The position numbers were made by a program, and so were the translations under genes. 32,000 nucleotides of DNA from Synechocystis sp. PCC 6803 substr. PCC-P (lineage in GTDB: Bacteria; Cyanobacteriota; Cyanobacteriia; Cyanobacteriales; Microcystaceae). Shown here in pieces: positions 9,150 to 21,100 of this stretch (positions within the stretch are counted from its first letter, which is position 1; every line of letters starts with the position of its first letter). The stretch lies in assembly GCF_000284455.1 (NCBI RefSeq), contig NC_017039.1, positions 2,340,001 through 2,372,000 of the forward strand, given 5' to 3'. Under the pieces are notes generated by a model, which had not been told where the DNA came from, did not search any database, and worked only from the letters and a program-made list of their open reading frames with translations.

Positions 9150-12100
9150 ATGCCTAACTCGACCTTGTTCGTCCTCGATTCCCGGGTGTTCCATGGGGGT
9201 CTGCTTCAGGCGGCTACTCTACCCAATATTGCGGTAATAACCCTAGATCCCGACCAAAGCGGTCTCCGGCAGATTACGGAAGCTTTGGGAAGACAAGGCG
9301 CTGTTCGTTCTCTGCATATTCTTTGCCATGGCTCTCCTGGCTGTCTGCACCTAGGTGATGGCCATCTGGGCTTAGATAATTTGGTCTACCACAGTGACGA
9401 GTTAAAAAGCTGGTTTGTCGGGGTTGAGTCTCCCCAACTATTTCTCTACGGCTGTAATGTAGCCGCTGGTGATGCCGGTACGGAATTTATTGAAAAGTTG
9501 GCCGGCTTGGCGGGGGCCGGGGTCTCCGCTTCTACCACGGCGATCGGGCATCAAGCCCTAGGTGGTAACTGGGTTTTAGATTTTCAAAAGGGTGATATTG
9601 TCATGGAAAATATTTTTTCTGCTCCTGAGTTAGCGGCCTATCCCGGCATCTTGGATGGCAATGGGCAATGGTCTTTGTTTGATCTAGTGGACTCCTCTGG
9701 TATCTACACCGAGCGACTGGATGCTCTGCAACCATTAGTACAAGAACAACTTTCCAGCTTTTTTGCCCAATCCGACTATCTCACCCAATTAGCCATTCCT
9801 TTTAGTGCCACTGCCAGCACTGATGACTGGACTAATAATGCGGAATCTTTGCGTTCTTCAATTTCGAACGGTAGTTACCAAATCCGTTTGGAAGTACGTT
9901 CTAGCGCTGAATTACAGGGAGCTTTGGGGGCTTATAGTGCTACGGGAACCACTGATACCCCGACCGTTTATCTCAACGCCGATTGGTTTGCCACTGCCAG
10001 TCAGGAGCAAATTGTTGCTGTCTTACTCGAAGAAATTGGCCATGACTTCGACCAGATTTTAAATGACGGGGCCGATAGCCAAGGCGATGAAGGGGAGATC
10101 TTTGCTAATTTAGTCAAACTAGGGGAAGTTAATCCAACCTATCTAGAAACTCTAAAAACACAAAATGATACTGGCTTTGCTTTTATTGACGGGCAAAAGA
10201 TAAATCTAGAGAATGCAGAAGATACCGTCTTAAATATTAATTTTCAAAACTTTGTATTTAACACTAATTTCACTACATCGACTCCTCCTCCAGGTGTACA
10301 AGAGGTTCGTTTATACACAAACATCATTCCAACTTTCACTACTCAGCAGATTAATGCAAAAGTAACTATAAGAGCTGTTAATATCACAATTGCCAACAGT
10401 ACCATTGATTCTAATGCTTCTAATACAGCAAGGATTCAGCCCCTCATTGATGCCAACGCTACTGGAGGTGGCTATTTTGAGTATCAGTTTGAATTCCAAG
10501 ATACTTTAGGAAATCCCATTTCTCTCAACCAATTTGCTCTGACAGGTATTGATGTTGATGGGAACTCAACAACTGAAAGAGAATTTTACGAAGTAAGCGG
10601 CTACTCCAATTACCAAATTGCTGTAGTTGGACCTCCTCGATTAAACGTTTCTGAATCCACTCAAGGAGATACTAAAACCTTAAGGGTTGATGGTAGGCCT
10701 TCCGTATTAACAGGCATTAGTTTTGACGACACTGCTTCTTTCATTGCCAACTTCCTCACACCTGTTTCATCTCTCACAGTCAGAGCCGGAGTTATCTGGA
10801 ACAATGCAAGTAATGATGTAAGGCAATTTTCTTTTGCTTTAGGAGCCCCACTTGGCACATTTTCAAACCCCCAGACTATTGACACCATTGCCCCCATTGT
10901 CACCAGCATTCTTCGCAATAATCCAACTTCAGAAATAACCAATGCCGATTCTTTAACTTTTCAAGTCACATTCTCGGAAAATGTTCAAAATGTCGATGTA
11001 AACGACTTTATCCTCAGTGGAACCGGCGTAAGCGGCGCTACCATCAGCAATGTTTCTGGCAGTGGGAGTGTTTACACCGTAACTGTCACAGGTATTGCCA
11101 ATAATAATGGAACCGTCAATCTGGACTTTGCCAGTGGACAGAACATACGAGATACCGCCAACAATGCCCTAAGCAATACCACTCCTACAACTGACGAGCA
11201 ATACACTTTAGACAACACAGCGCCAGCTGCCAGCATCACCTTAGATGCGAATATCACCGCCGATGACATCATCAACATTGCCGAGTCAGGACAAGCGATT
11301 CCTATCACCGGCACTGTTGGTGGTGAATTTAATGTTGGTGACACCGTCACATTGACGGTCAATGACAAGACCTTCACTGGTGCAGTCGGTGCGGGTGGTC
11401 TTTTCAGTATCAATGTTCCTGGTAGTGACCTCATTGTAGATGCTGATCTCACCATTGCTGCAAGTATTGCCACCACGGATGCAGCGGGTAATCTCGGCAG
11501 TGCCACCGATAACCAAACCTACACGGTTGATACGACAGCACCGATTCCAATAATCACAGTCAATGATGTCACTGCCGACAACATCATCAATGCTGCCGAG
11601 TCAGGACAAGCGATTCCTATCACCGGCACTGTTGGTGGTGAATTTAATGTTGGTGACACCGTCACATTGACGGTCAATGGCAAGCCCTTCACTGGGACTG
11701 TTGATGCCAATGGTGACTTCAGTATCGACGTTCTTGGTGGTGATTTAGTTAATGGCTCTGACCTGACCATTGCTGCCAGTGTTGCCACTACCGATGCAGC
11801 TGGTAATCCAGGCAGTGCTTCCGATAACCAAACCTACACTGTTGATACCACTGCTCCGACTGTCACCATCAATGCCATTGCGGTTGATGACATCATCAAT
11901 GCCGTGGAAGCAGGTAGTCCTGTTGCAGTCAGTGGCACCACGACTGGTGTTGAAGATGGTCAAGTCGTCACTGTCACCATTGATGGCAATACCTACACCG
12001 CCACCGTTACTGGTAATGCTTGGACATTCAATATCCCTGTCGCAGACATTGCCAACTTTGAAGCGACTGAAGAAGTCGTAGCTACTGTCAGTGATCTCGC

Positions 12101-15100
12101 TGGGAATCCCGCTACCCCTGCTACTCGCAACATCACTGTTGATACGGTTGCACCGGCCGTCACGATTGACAGCATCAGTGATGATACTGGCGCACAAGCT
12201 AATGACTTCATTACCAATGACGACACCCTTGTCTTCAATGGCACTGCAGAAGCAGATAGCACAGTTGTTGTCAGCTTAGATGGTATTGAAATCGGCACTG
12301 TGACTGCTAATGGTGCTGGTGAGTGGACCTTGGATTACACCGGCACCCTCCTGGCAGATGGCGACTATGAGCTGAGTGTGACTGCCACCAATCCCACTGG
12401 CAACAGCGCAACAGCAACTCAAACAATTGTTGTTGATACCACTGCTCCGACTGTCACCATCAATGCCATTGCGGTTGATGACATCATCAATGCCGTGGAA
12501 GCAGGTAGTCCTGTTGCAGTCAGTGGCACCACGACTGGTGTTGAAGATGGTCAAGTCGTCACTGTCACCATTGATGGCAATACCTACACCGCCACCGTTA
12601 CTGGTAATGCTTGGACATTCAATATCCCTGTCGCAGACATTGCCAACTTTGAAGCGACTGAAGAAGTCGTAGCCACTGTCAGTGACCTAGCCGGGAATCC
12701 CGCTACCCCCGCTACTCGCAACATCACTGTTGATACCACTGCTCCGACTGTCACCATCAATGCCATTGCGGTTGATGACATCATCAATGCCGTGGAAGCA
12801 GGTAGTCCTGTTGCAGTCAGTGGCACCACGACTGGTGTTGAAGATGGTCAAGTCGTCACTGTCACCATTGATGGCAATACCTACACCGCCACCGTTACTG
12901 GTAATGCTTGGACATTCAATATCCCTGTCGCAGACATTGCCAACTTTGAAGCGACTGAAGAAGTCGTAGCTACTGTCAGTGATCTCGCTGGGAATCCCGC
13001 TACCCCTGCTACTCGCAACATCACTGTTGATACGGTTGCACCGGCCGTCACGATTGACAGCATCAGTGATGATACTGGCGCACAAGCTAATGACTTCATT
13101 ACCAATGACGACACCCTTGTCTTCAATGGCACTGCAGAAGCAGATAGCACAGTTGTTGTCAGCTTAGATGGTATTGAAATCGGCACTGTGACTGCTAATG
13201 GTGCTGGTGAGTGGACCTTGGATTACACCGGCACCCTCCTGGCAGATGGCGACTATGAGCTGAGTGTGACTGCCACCAATCCCACTGGCAACAGCGCAAC
13301 AGCAACTCAAACAATTGTTGTTGATACCACTGCTCCGACTGTCACCATCAATGCCATTGCGGTTGATGACATCATCAATGCCGTGGAAGCAGGTAGTCCT
13401 GTTGCAGTCAGTGGCACCACGACTGGTGTTGAAGATGGTCAAGTCGTCACTGTCACCATTGATGGCAATACCTACACCGCCACCGTTACTGGTAATGCTT
13501 GGACATTCAATATCCCTGTCGCAGACATTGCCAACTTTGAAGCGACTGAAGAAGTCGTAGCCACTGTCAGTGACCTAGCCGGGAATCCCGCTACCCCCGC
13601 TACTCGCAACATCACTGTTGATACCACTGCTCCGACTGTCACCATCAATGCCATTGCGGTAGATGACATCATCAATGCCGTGGAAGCAGGTAGTCCTGTT
13701 GCAGTCAGTGGCACCACGACTGGTGTTGAAGATGGTCAAGTCGTCACTGTCACCATTGATGGCAATACCTACACCGCCACCGTTACTGGTAATGCTTGGA
13801 CATTCAATATCCCTGTCGCAGACATTGCCAACTTTGAAGCGACTGAAGAAGTCGTAGCTACTGTCAGTGATCTCGCTGGGAATCCCGCTACCCCTGCTAC
13901 TCGCAACATCACTGTTGATACGGTTGCACCGGCCGTCACGATTGACAGCATCAGTGATGATACTGGCGCACAAGCTAATGACTTCATTACCAATGACGAC
14001 ACCCTTGTCTTCAATGGCACTGCAGAAGCAGATAGCACAGTTGTTGTCAGCTTAGATGGTATTGAAATCGGCACTGTGACTGCTAATGGTGCTGGTGAGT
14101 GGACCTTGGATTACACCGGCACCCTCCTGGCAGATGGCGACTATGAGCTGAGTGTGACTGCCACCAATCCCACTGGCAACAGCGCAACAGCAACTCAAAC
14201 AATTGTTGTTGATACCACTGCTCCGACTGTCACCATCAATGCCATTGCGGTTGATGACATCATCAATGCCGTGGAAGCAGGTAGTCCTGTTGCAGTCAGT
14301 GGCACCACGACTGGTGTTGAAGATGGTCAAGTCGTCACTGTCACCATTGATGGCAATACCTACACCGCCACCGTTACTGGTAATGCTTGGACATTCAATA
14401 TCCCTGTCGCAGACATTGCCAACTTTGAAGCGACTGAAGAAGTCGTAGCCACTGTCAGTGACCTAGCCGGGAATCCCGCTACCCCCGCTACTCGCAACAT
14501 CACTGTTGATACCACTGCTCCGACTGTCACCATCAATGCCATTGCGGTTGATGACATCATCAATGCCGTGGAAGCAGGTAGTCCTGTTGCAGTCAGTGGC
14601 ACCACGACTGGTGTTGAAGATGGTCAAGTCGTCACTGTCACCATTGATGGCAATACCTACACCGCCACCGTTACTGGTAATGCTTGGACATTCAATATCC
14701 CTGTCGCAGACATTGCCAACTTTGAAGCGACTGAAGAAGTCGTAGCTACTGTCAGTGATCTCGCTGGGAATCCCGCTACCCCTGCTACTCGTAACATCAC
14801 TGTTGATACGGTTGCACCGGCCGTCACGATTGACAGCATCAGTGATGATACTGGCGCACAAGCTAATGACTTCATTACCAATGACGACACCCTTGTCTTC
14901 AATGGCACTGCAGAAGCAGATAGCACAGTTGTTGTCAGCTTAGATGGTATTGAAATCGGCACTGTGACTGCTAATGGTGCTGGTGAGTGGACCTTGGATT
15001 ACACCGGCACCCTCCTGGCAGATGGCGACTATGAGCTGAGTGTGACTGCCACCAATCCCACTGGCAACAGCGCAACAGCAACTCAAACAATTGTTGTTGA

Positions 15101-18100
15101 TACCACTGCTCCGACTGTCACCATCAATGCCATTGCGGTTGATGACATCATCAATGCCGTGGAAGCAGGTAGTCCTGTTGCAGTCAGTGGCACCACGACT
15201 GGTGTTGAAGATGGTCAAGTCGTCACTGTCACCATTGATGGCAATACCTACACCGCCACCGTTACTGGTAATGCTTGGACATTCAATATCCCTGTCGCAG
15301 ACATTGCCAACTTTGAAGCGACTGAAGAAGTCGTAGCCACTGTCAGTGACCTAGCCGGGAATCCCGCTACCCCCGCTACTCGCAACATCACTGTTGATAC
15401 CACTGCTCCGACTGTCACCATCAATGCCATTGCGGTTGATGACATCATCAATGCCGTGGAAGCAGGTAGTCCTGTTGCAGTCAGTGGCACCACGACTGGT
15501 GTTGAAGATGGTCAAGTCGTCACTGTCACCATTGATGGCAATACCTACACCGCCACCGTTACTGGTAATGCTTGGACATTCAATATCCCTGTCGCAGACA
15601 TTGCCAACTTTGAAGCGACTGAAGAAGTCGTAGCTACTGTCAGTGATCTCGCTGGGAATCCCGCTACCCCTGCTACTCGTAACATCACTGTTGATACGGT
15701 TGCACCGGCCGTCACGATTGACAGCATCAGTGATGATACTGGCGCACAAGCTAATGACTTCATTACCAATGACGACACCCTTGTCTTCAATGGCACTGCA
15801 GAAGCAGATAGCACAGTTGTTGTCAGCTTAGATGGTATTGAAATCGGCACTGTGACTGCTAATGGTGCTGGTGAGTGGACCTTGGATTACACCGGCACCC
15901 TCCTGGCAGATGGCGACTATGAGCTGAGTGTGACTGCCACCAATCCCACTGGCAACAGCGCAACAGCAACTCAAACAATTGTTGTTGATACCACTGCTCC
16001 GACTGTCACCATCAATGCCATTGCGGTTGATGACATCATCAATGCCGTGGAAGCAGGTAGTCCTGTTGCAGTCAGTGGCACCACGACTGGTGTTGAAGAT
16101 GGTCAAGTCGTCACTGTCACCATTGATGGCAATACCTACACCGCCACCGTTACTGGTAATGCTTGGACATTCAATATCCCTGTCGCAGACATTGCCAACT
16201 TTGAAGCGACTGAAGAAGTCGTAGCCACTGTCAGTGACCTAGCCGGGAATCCCGCTACCCCCGCTACTCGCAACATCACTGTTGATACCACTGCTCCGAC
16301 TGTCACCATCAATGCCATTGCGGTTGATGACATCATCAATGCCGTGGAAGCAGGTAGTCCTGTTGCAGTCAGTGGCACCACGACTGGTGTTGAAGATGGT
16401 CAAGTCGTCACTGTCACCATTGATGGCAATACCTACACCGCCACCGTTACTGGTAATGCTTGGACATTCAATATCCCTGTCGCAGACATTGCCAACTTTG
16501 AAGCGACTGAAGAAGTCGTAGCTACTGTCAGTGATCTCGCTGGGAATCCCGCTACCCCTGCTACTCGTAACATCACTGTTGATACGGTTGCACCGGCCGT
16601 CACGATTGACAGCATCAGTGATGATACTGGCGCACAAGCTAATGACTTCATTACCAATGACGACACCCTTGTCTTCAATGGCACTGCAGAAGCAGATAGC
16701 ACAGTTGTTGTCAGCTTAGATGGTATTGAAATCGGCACTGTGACTGCTAATGGTGCTGGTGAGTGGACCTTGGATTACACCGGCACCCTCCTGGCAGATG
16801 GCGACTATGAGCTGAGTGTGACTGCCACCAATCCCACTGGCAACAGCGCAACAGCAACTCAAACAATTGTTGTTGATACCACTGCTCCGACTGTCACCAT
16901 CAATGCCATTGCGGTTGATGACATCATCAATGCCGTGGAAGCAGGTAGTCCTGTTGCAGTCAGTGGCACCACGACTGGTGTTGAAGATGGTCAAGTCGTC
17001 ACTGTCACCATTGATGGCAATACCTACACCGCCACCGTTACTGGTAATGCTTGGACATTCAATATCCCTGTCGCAGACATTGCCAACTTTGAAGCGACTG
17101 AAGAAGTCGTAGCCACTGTCAGTGACCTAGCCGGGAATCCCGCTACCCCCGCTACTCGCAACATCACTGTTGATACCACTGCTCCGACTGTCACCATCAA
17201 TGCCATTGCGGTAGATGACATCATCAATGCCGTGGAAGCAGGTAGTCCTGTTGCAGTCAGTGGCACCACGACTGGTGTTGAAGATGGTCAAGTCGTCACT
17301 GTCACCATTGATGGCAATACCTACACCGCCACCGTTACTGGTAATGCTTGGACATTCAATATCCCTGTCGCAGACATTGCCAACTTTGAAGCGACTGAAG
17401 AAGTCGTAGCTACTGTCAGTGATCTCGCTGGGAATCCCGCTACCCCTGCTACTCGCAACATCACTGTTGATACGGTTGCACCAGCGGTTAATGAGCTTGA
17501 CATCACTGACAACACCGATACCGGCGCAGATGACTTGATTACTAGCAATGGCAATCCTGTCCTCACCTTCACGGGTGAACCTGGACTCACCATCACCCTT
17601 ACCGGTCCGGATGGTGCACTGGCTCCATCTGCTGCCTACACCGTCGCAGAGACACCCAGTGCGAATGGATCTACCTACACTGTCATCCTGCTGGATGCAA
17701 TTCCCAATGGAGAGCCAGATCCCTTTGGTGATTTTGCGAATGGTGTAGCAACCAATAATCCAGACAACACTGGCGACGGCACCTACACCATCGTTGCAAC
17801 CGATGCTGCCGGTAACAGTGTTGAAGTTGATGAGTTTGTCATTGACACCACTCCTCCCAACATTGCTATCACCGCTATCACAAACGACAGTGGCACCCCC
17901 GGCGACTTCATTACCAACGATCAAACCCTGATCTATAGCGGGACAACCGATGCCAATGCCACGGTGACAGTAACCCTCACCGACAGCAGCAACAACCCTG
18001 TCTTCACAGCCACCACCACCGCAGATGCCAATGGCAACTGGTCGCTAGACCGCACTGCCAACGAAACCTTAGCCGGAGGCACTTACACCCTCACGGCCAG

Positions 18101-21100
18101 CACAACGGATCTGGCTGGCAACACAACCACCGATACTCAAGCCATTCGCATTGAAACCAATGCACCAGGCATTGCCATCGCCAGCATCAGCACTGACAGC
18201 GGCATCCCCGGCGACTTTGTCACCAACGACCAAACCCTAGTCATTGCTGGAACCTGGACCAACCTGGATACCAACACCTTGGCAGTGACCTTTAACGGCA
18301 CGACCTATACCTTTGGGGAAAATCCTCAGCTAACAGTCAGTGGCAACAACTGGACCCTAGACCTCAGCGGTATCACCACCCCTCCAGGGGATTACGTCAT
18401 CACTGCTGTCACCACTGACTTAGCTAACAACACCAGCCAAGCCACTCAAAACGTCACGATCGACACCACAGCACCCAATGCCAGCATCACACTGACATCC
18501 AACATCACAGCAGATGATGTCATCAATGCCGTCGAAGCCGGTCAGCTCATTCCGATCACCGGCACCGTCGGTGGCAACGTCAGAGCCGGTGACATTGTCA
18601 CCCTCGCGATCGGTGGTCAAACCTTCACAGGAGCAGTCGCCAATGGTGGTACCTTCAGCATCGATGTTCCAGGTAGCGCCTTAGTCGCTGACCCTGACCG
18701 CACCATTCAGGCCAGCGTCACCACCACCGACCTAGCCGGTAACAGCACCACTGCTACCGACACGGAGAGTTATACCGTAGATACAACAGTGCCCGGAGCA
18801 CCGATTGTCACGATTACGGAAGACGTCAACAATGACGGGCTAATTAGTGTCGGGGAATTGAGTGGGTTAGTGGATGTATCTATAGCTATACCAGGTGGTG
18901 TGGTAGCAGGGGATATCCTGACTATCAGCGATGGCACCACTCCCCAAACCATCGTCTTAACCGCCGCCCAAATCAACGCCGGAGTAGTAACCACCCAGGT
19001 AGCAGTACCCAACCCAGGTACTACTTTAACGGTGACCGCCTTTGTTACAGATATTGCCGGTAACCAAGGTACCAGTGGCCGTGATAGTGCCGTATTAGAT
19101 ACCACCGCTCCCGGAGCACCCACCGTAACGATTACGGAAGATACCAATAATGACGGCTTCATAAGTGCAGGGGAATTGAATGGCCTAGTAGATGTATCGA
19201 TCGCCTTGCCCACTGGGTTAGTTGCTGGGGACACCCTGACCATTAGCGATGGCACCACTCCCCAGACCATTGTCCTCACCACCGCCCAAATCACCGCCGG
19301 AGTAGTAACCACCCAGGTAGCAGTACCCAACCCAGGTACTACTTTAACGGTGACCGCCTTTGTTACAGATATTGCCGGTAACCAAGGTCCCAGTGGCCGT
19401 GATAGTGCCGTATTAGATACCACCGCCCCCGAAGCACCGGTGGTCACGATCGCCGAAGATGCCAATAATGATGGCTTAATCAGTGCTGGGGAATTGAATG
19501 GCTTAGTAGATGTATTGATCGCCTTGCCCACTGGGTTAGTTGCTGGGGACACCCTGACCATTAGCGATGGCACCACTCCCCAGACCATTGTCCTCACCAC
19601 CGCCCAAATCACCGCCGGAGTAGTAACCACCCAGGTAGCAGTACCCAACCCAGGTACTACTTTAACGGTGACCGCCTTTGTTACAGATATTGCCGGTAAC
19701 CAAGGTCCCAGTGGCCGTGATAGTGCCGTATTAGATACCACCGCCCCCGAAGCACCGGTGGTCACGATCGCCGAAGATGCCAATAATGATGGCTTAATCA
19801 GTGCTGGGGAATTGAATGGCTTAGTAGATGTATTGATCGCCTTGCCCACTGGGTTAGTTGCTGGGGACACTCTGACCATTAGCGATGGCACCACTCCCCA
19901 AACCATCGTCTTAACCGCCGCCCAAATCAACGCCGGAGTAGTAACCACCCAGGTAGCAGTACCCGCCGAAGGTGCCACTTTAACGGTGAGTGCATTCATA
20001 ACGGATAATACTGGGAACCAAGGTCCTGATGGCAGCGATAGTGCCGTATTAAACACCACAGCGCCTAATGCCGGCCCCCTGGACATCACTGACGCAACTG
20101 ATACCGGCGCCGATGACTTGTTGAGCAGTAATGGTAACCCCGAACTGACTTTCACTGGTGAACCAGGATTAGAGATTGAGTTGCTTGGGCCTGATGGTAA
20201 CCCTGTTGATCCCGATGCCTATGAAGTGGTAGAAACCCCCGGTGCCAACCCTGGTGACCCTTCCACCTACACAATCAAATTAATTGACGCTGATCCATCT
20301 GACCCAGATAGCGATCCGTTTGGAGACTTCTTCAATGGAGTTGTCACAGGGAACCCTGCCAACACTGGGGATGGAACCTACACCATCACAGCAACGGATA
20401 ATGCAGGCAATACCAACGATGTAGGTCAATTTGAAATTGATACGACTTCTCCCGGTACTCCCAACAATGGCAATTCTCCTTTCAGTCCCCTGGACATCAC
20501 TGACCCAACTGATACCGGTGCCGATGACTTGTTGAGTAGTGATGGTAACCCCGAACTGACTTTCACTGGTGAACCAGGATTAGAGATTGAGTTGCTTGGG
20601 TCTGATGGTAATTCTGTTGACCCCGATGCCTATGAAGTGCTAGAAACCCCCGGTGTAAACCCTGGTGACCCTTCCACCTACACAATCAAGTTAATTGACG
20701 CTGACCCATCTGACCCAGATAGCGATCCGTTTGGAGACTTCTTCAATGGCTCCCCCACAGGTAATGGGGCCAATACCGGCGATGGCATTTACACCATCAC
20801 AGCAACGGATAATGCAGGTAATACCAACGATGTAGGTCAATTTGAAATTGATACGACTTCTCCCGGTACTCCCAACAATGGCAATTCTCCTTTCAGCCCC
20901 CTAGACATCACTGACGCAACTGATACCGGCGCCGATGACTTGTTGAGCGGTAATGGCAACCCCGAACTGACCTTTAGCGGTGAGTCAGGATTAGAGATTG
21001 AGTTGCTTGGGCCTGACGGTAATCCCGTCGATCCCGATGCCTATGAAGTGGTGGAAACTCCCGGTGCCAACCCTGGTGACCCTTCCACGTACACAATCAA

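Noticed and set aside
11841-17465. Regular repeats that might suggest a CRISPR or satellite array
   Set aside because: Units are 294/297/888 bp, contiguous without unique spacers, all multiples of three and within one uninterrupted ORF coding for Ig-like modules.
11745-17924. Dozens of repeated short ORFs in other frames and strands (60-150 aa, one of 265 aa at 17127..17924) recurring every 888 bp
   Set aside because: These are shadow ORFs of the repeat array. They copy its period, have low-complexity translations, and have no separate start or RBS context or family resemblance.
18770-20155. 461-aa minus-strand ORF opposite the 318-bp modules
   Set aside because: Antisense to a strongly supported domain array. 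Its repetitive Val/Ser/Pro sequence simply mirrors the sense repeats.
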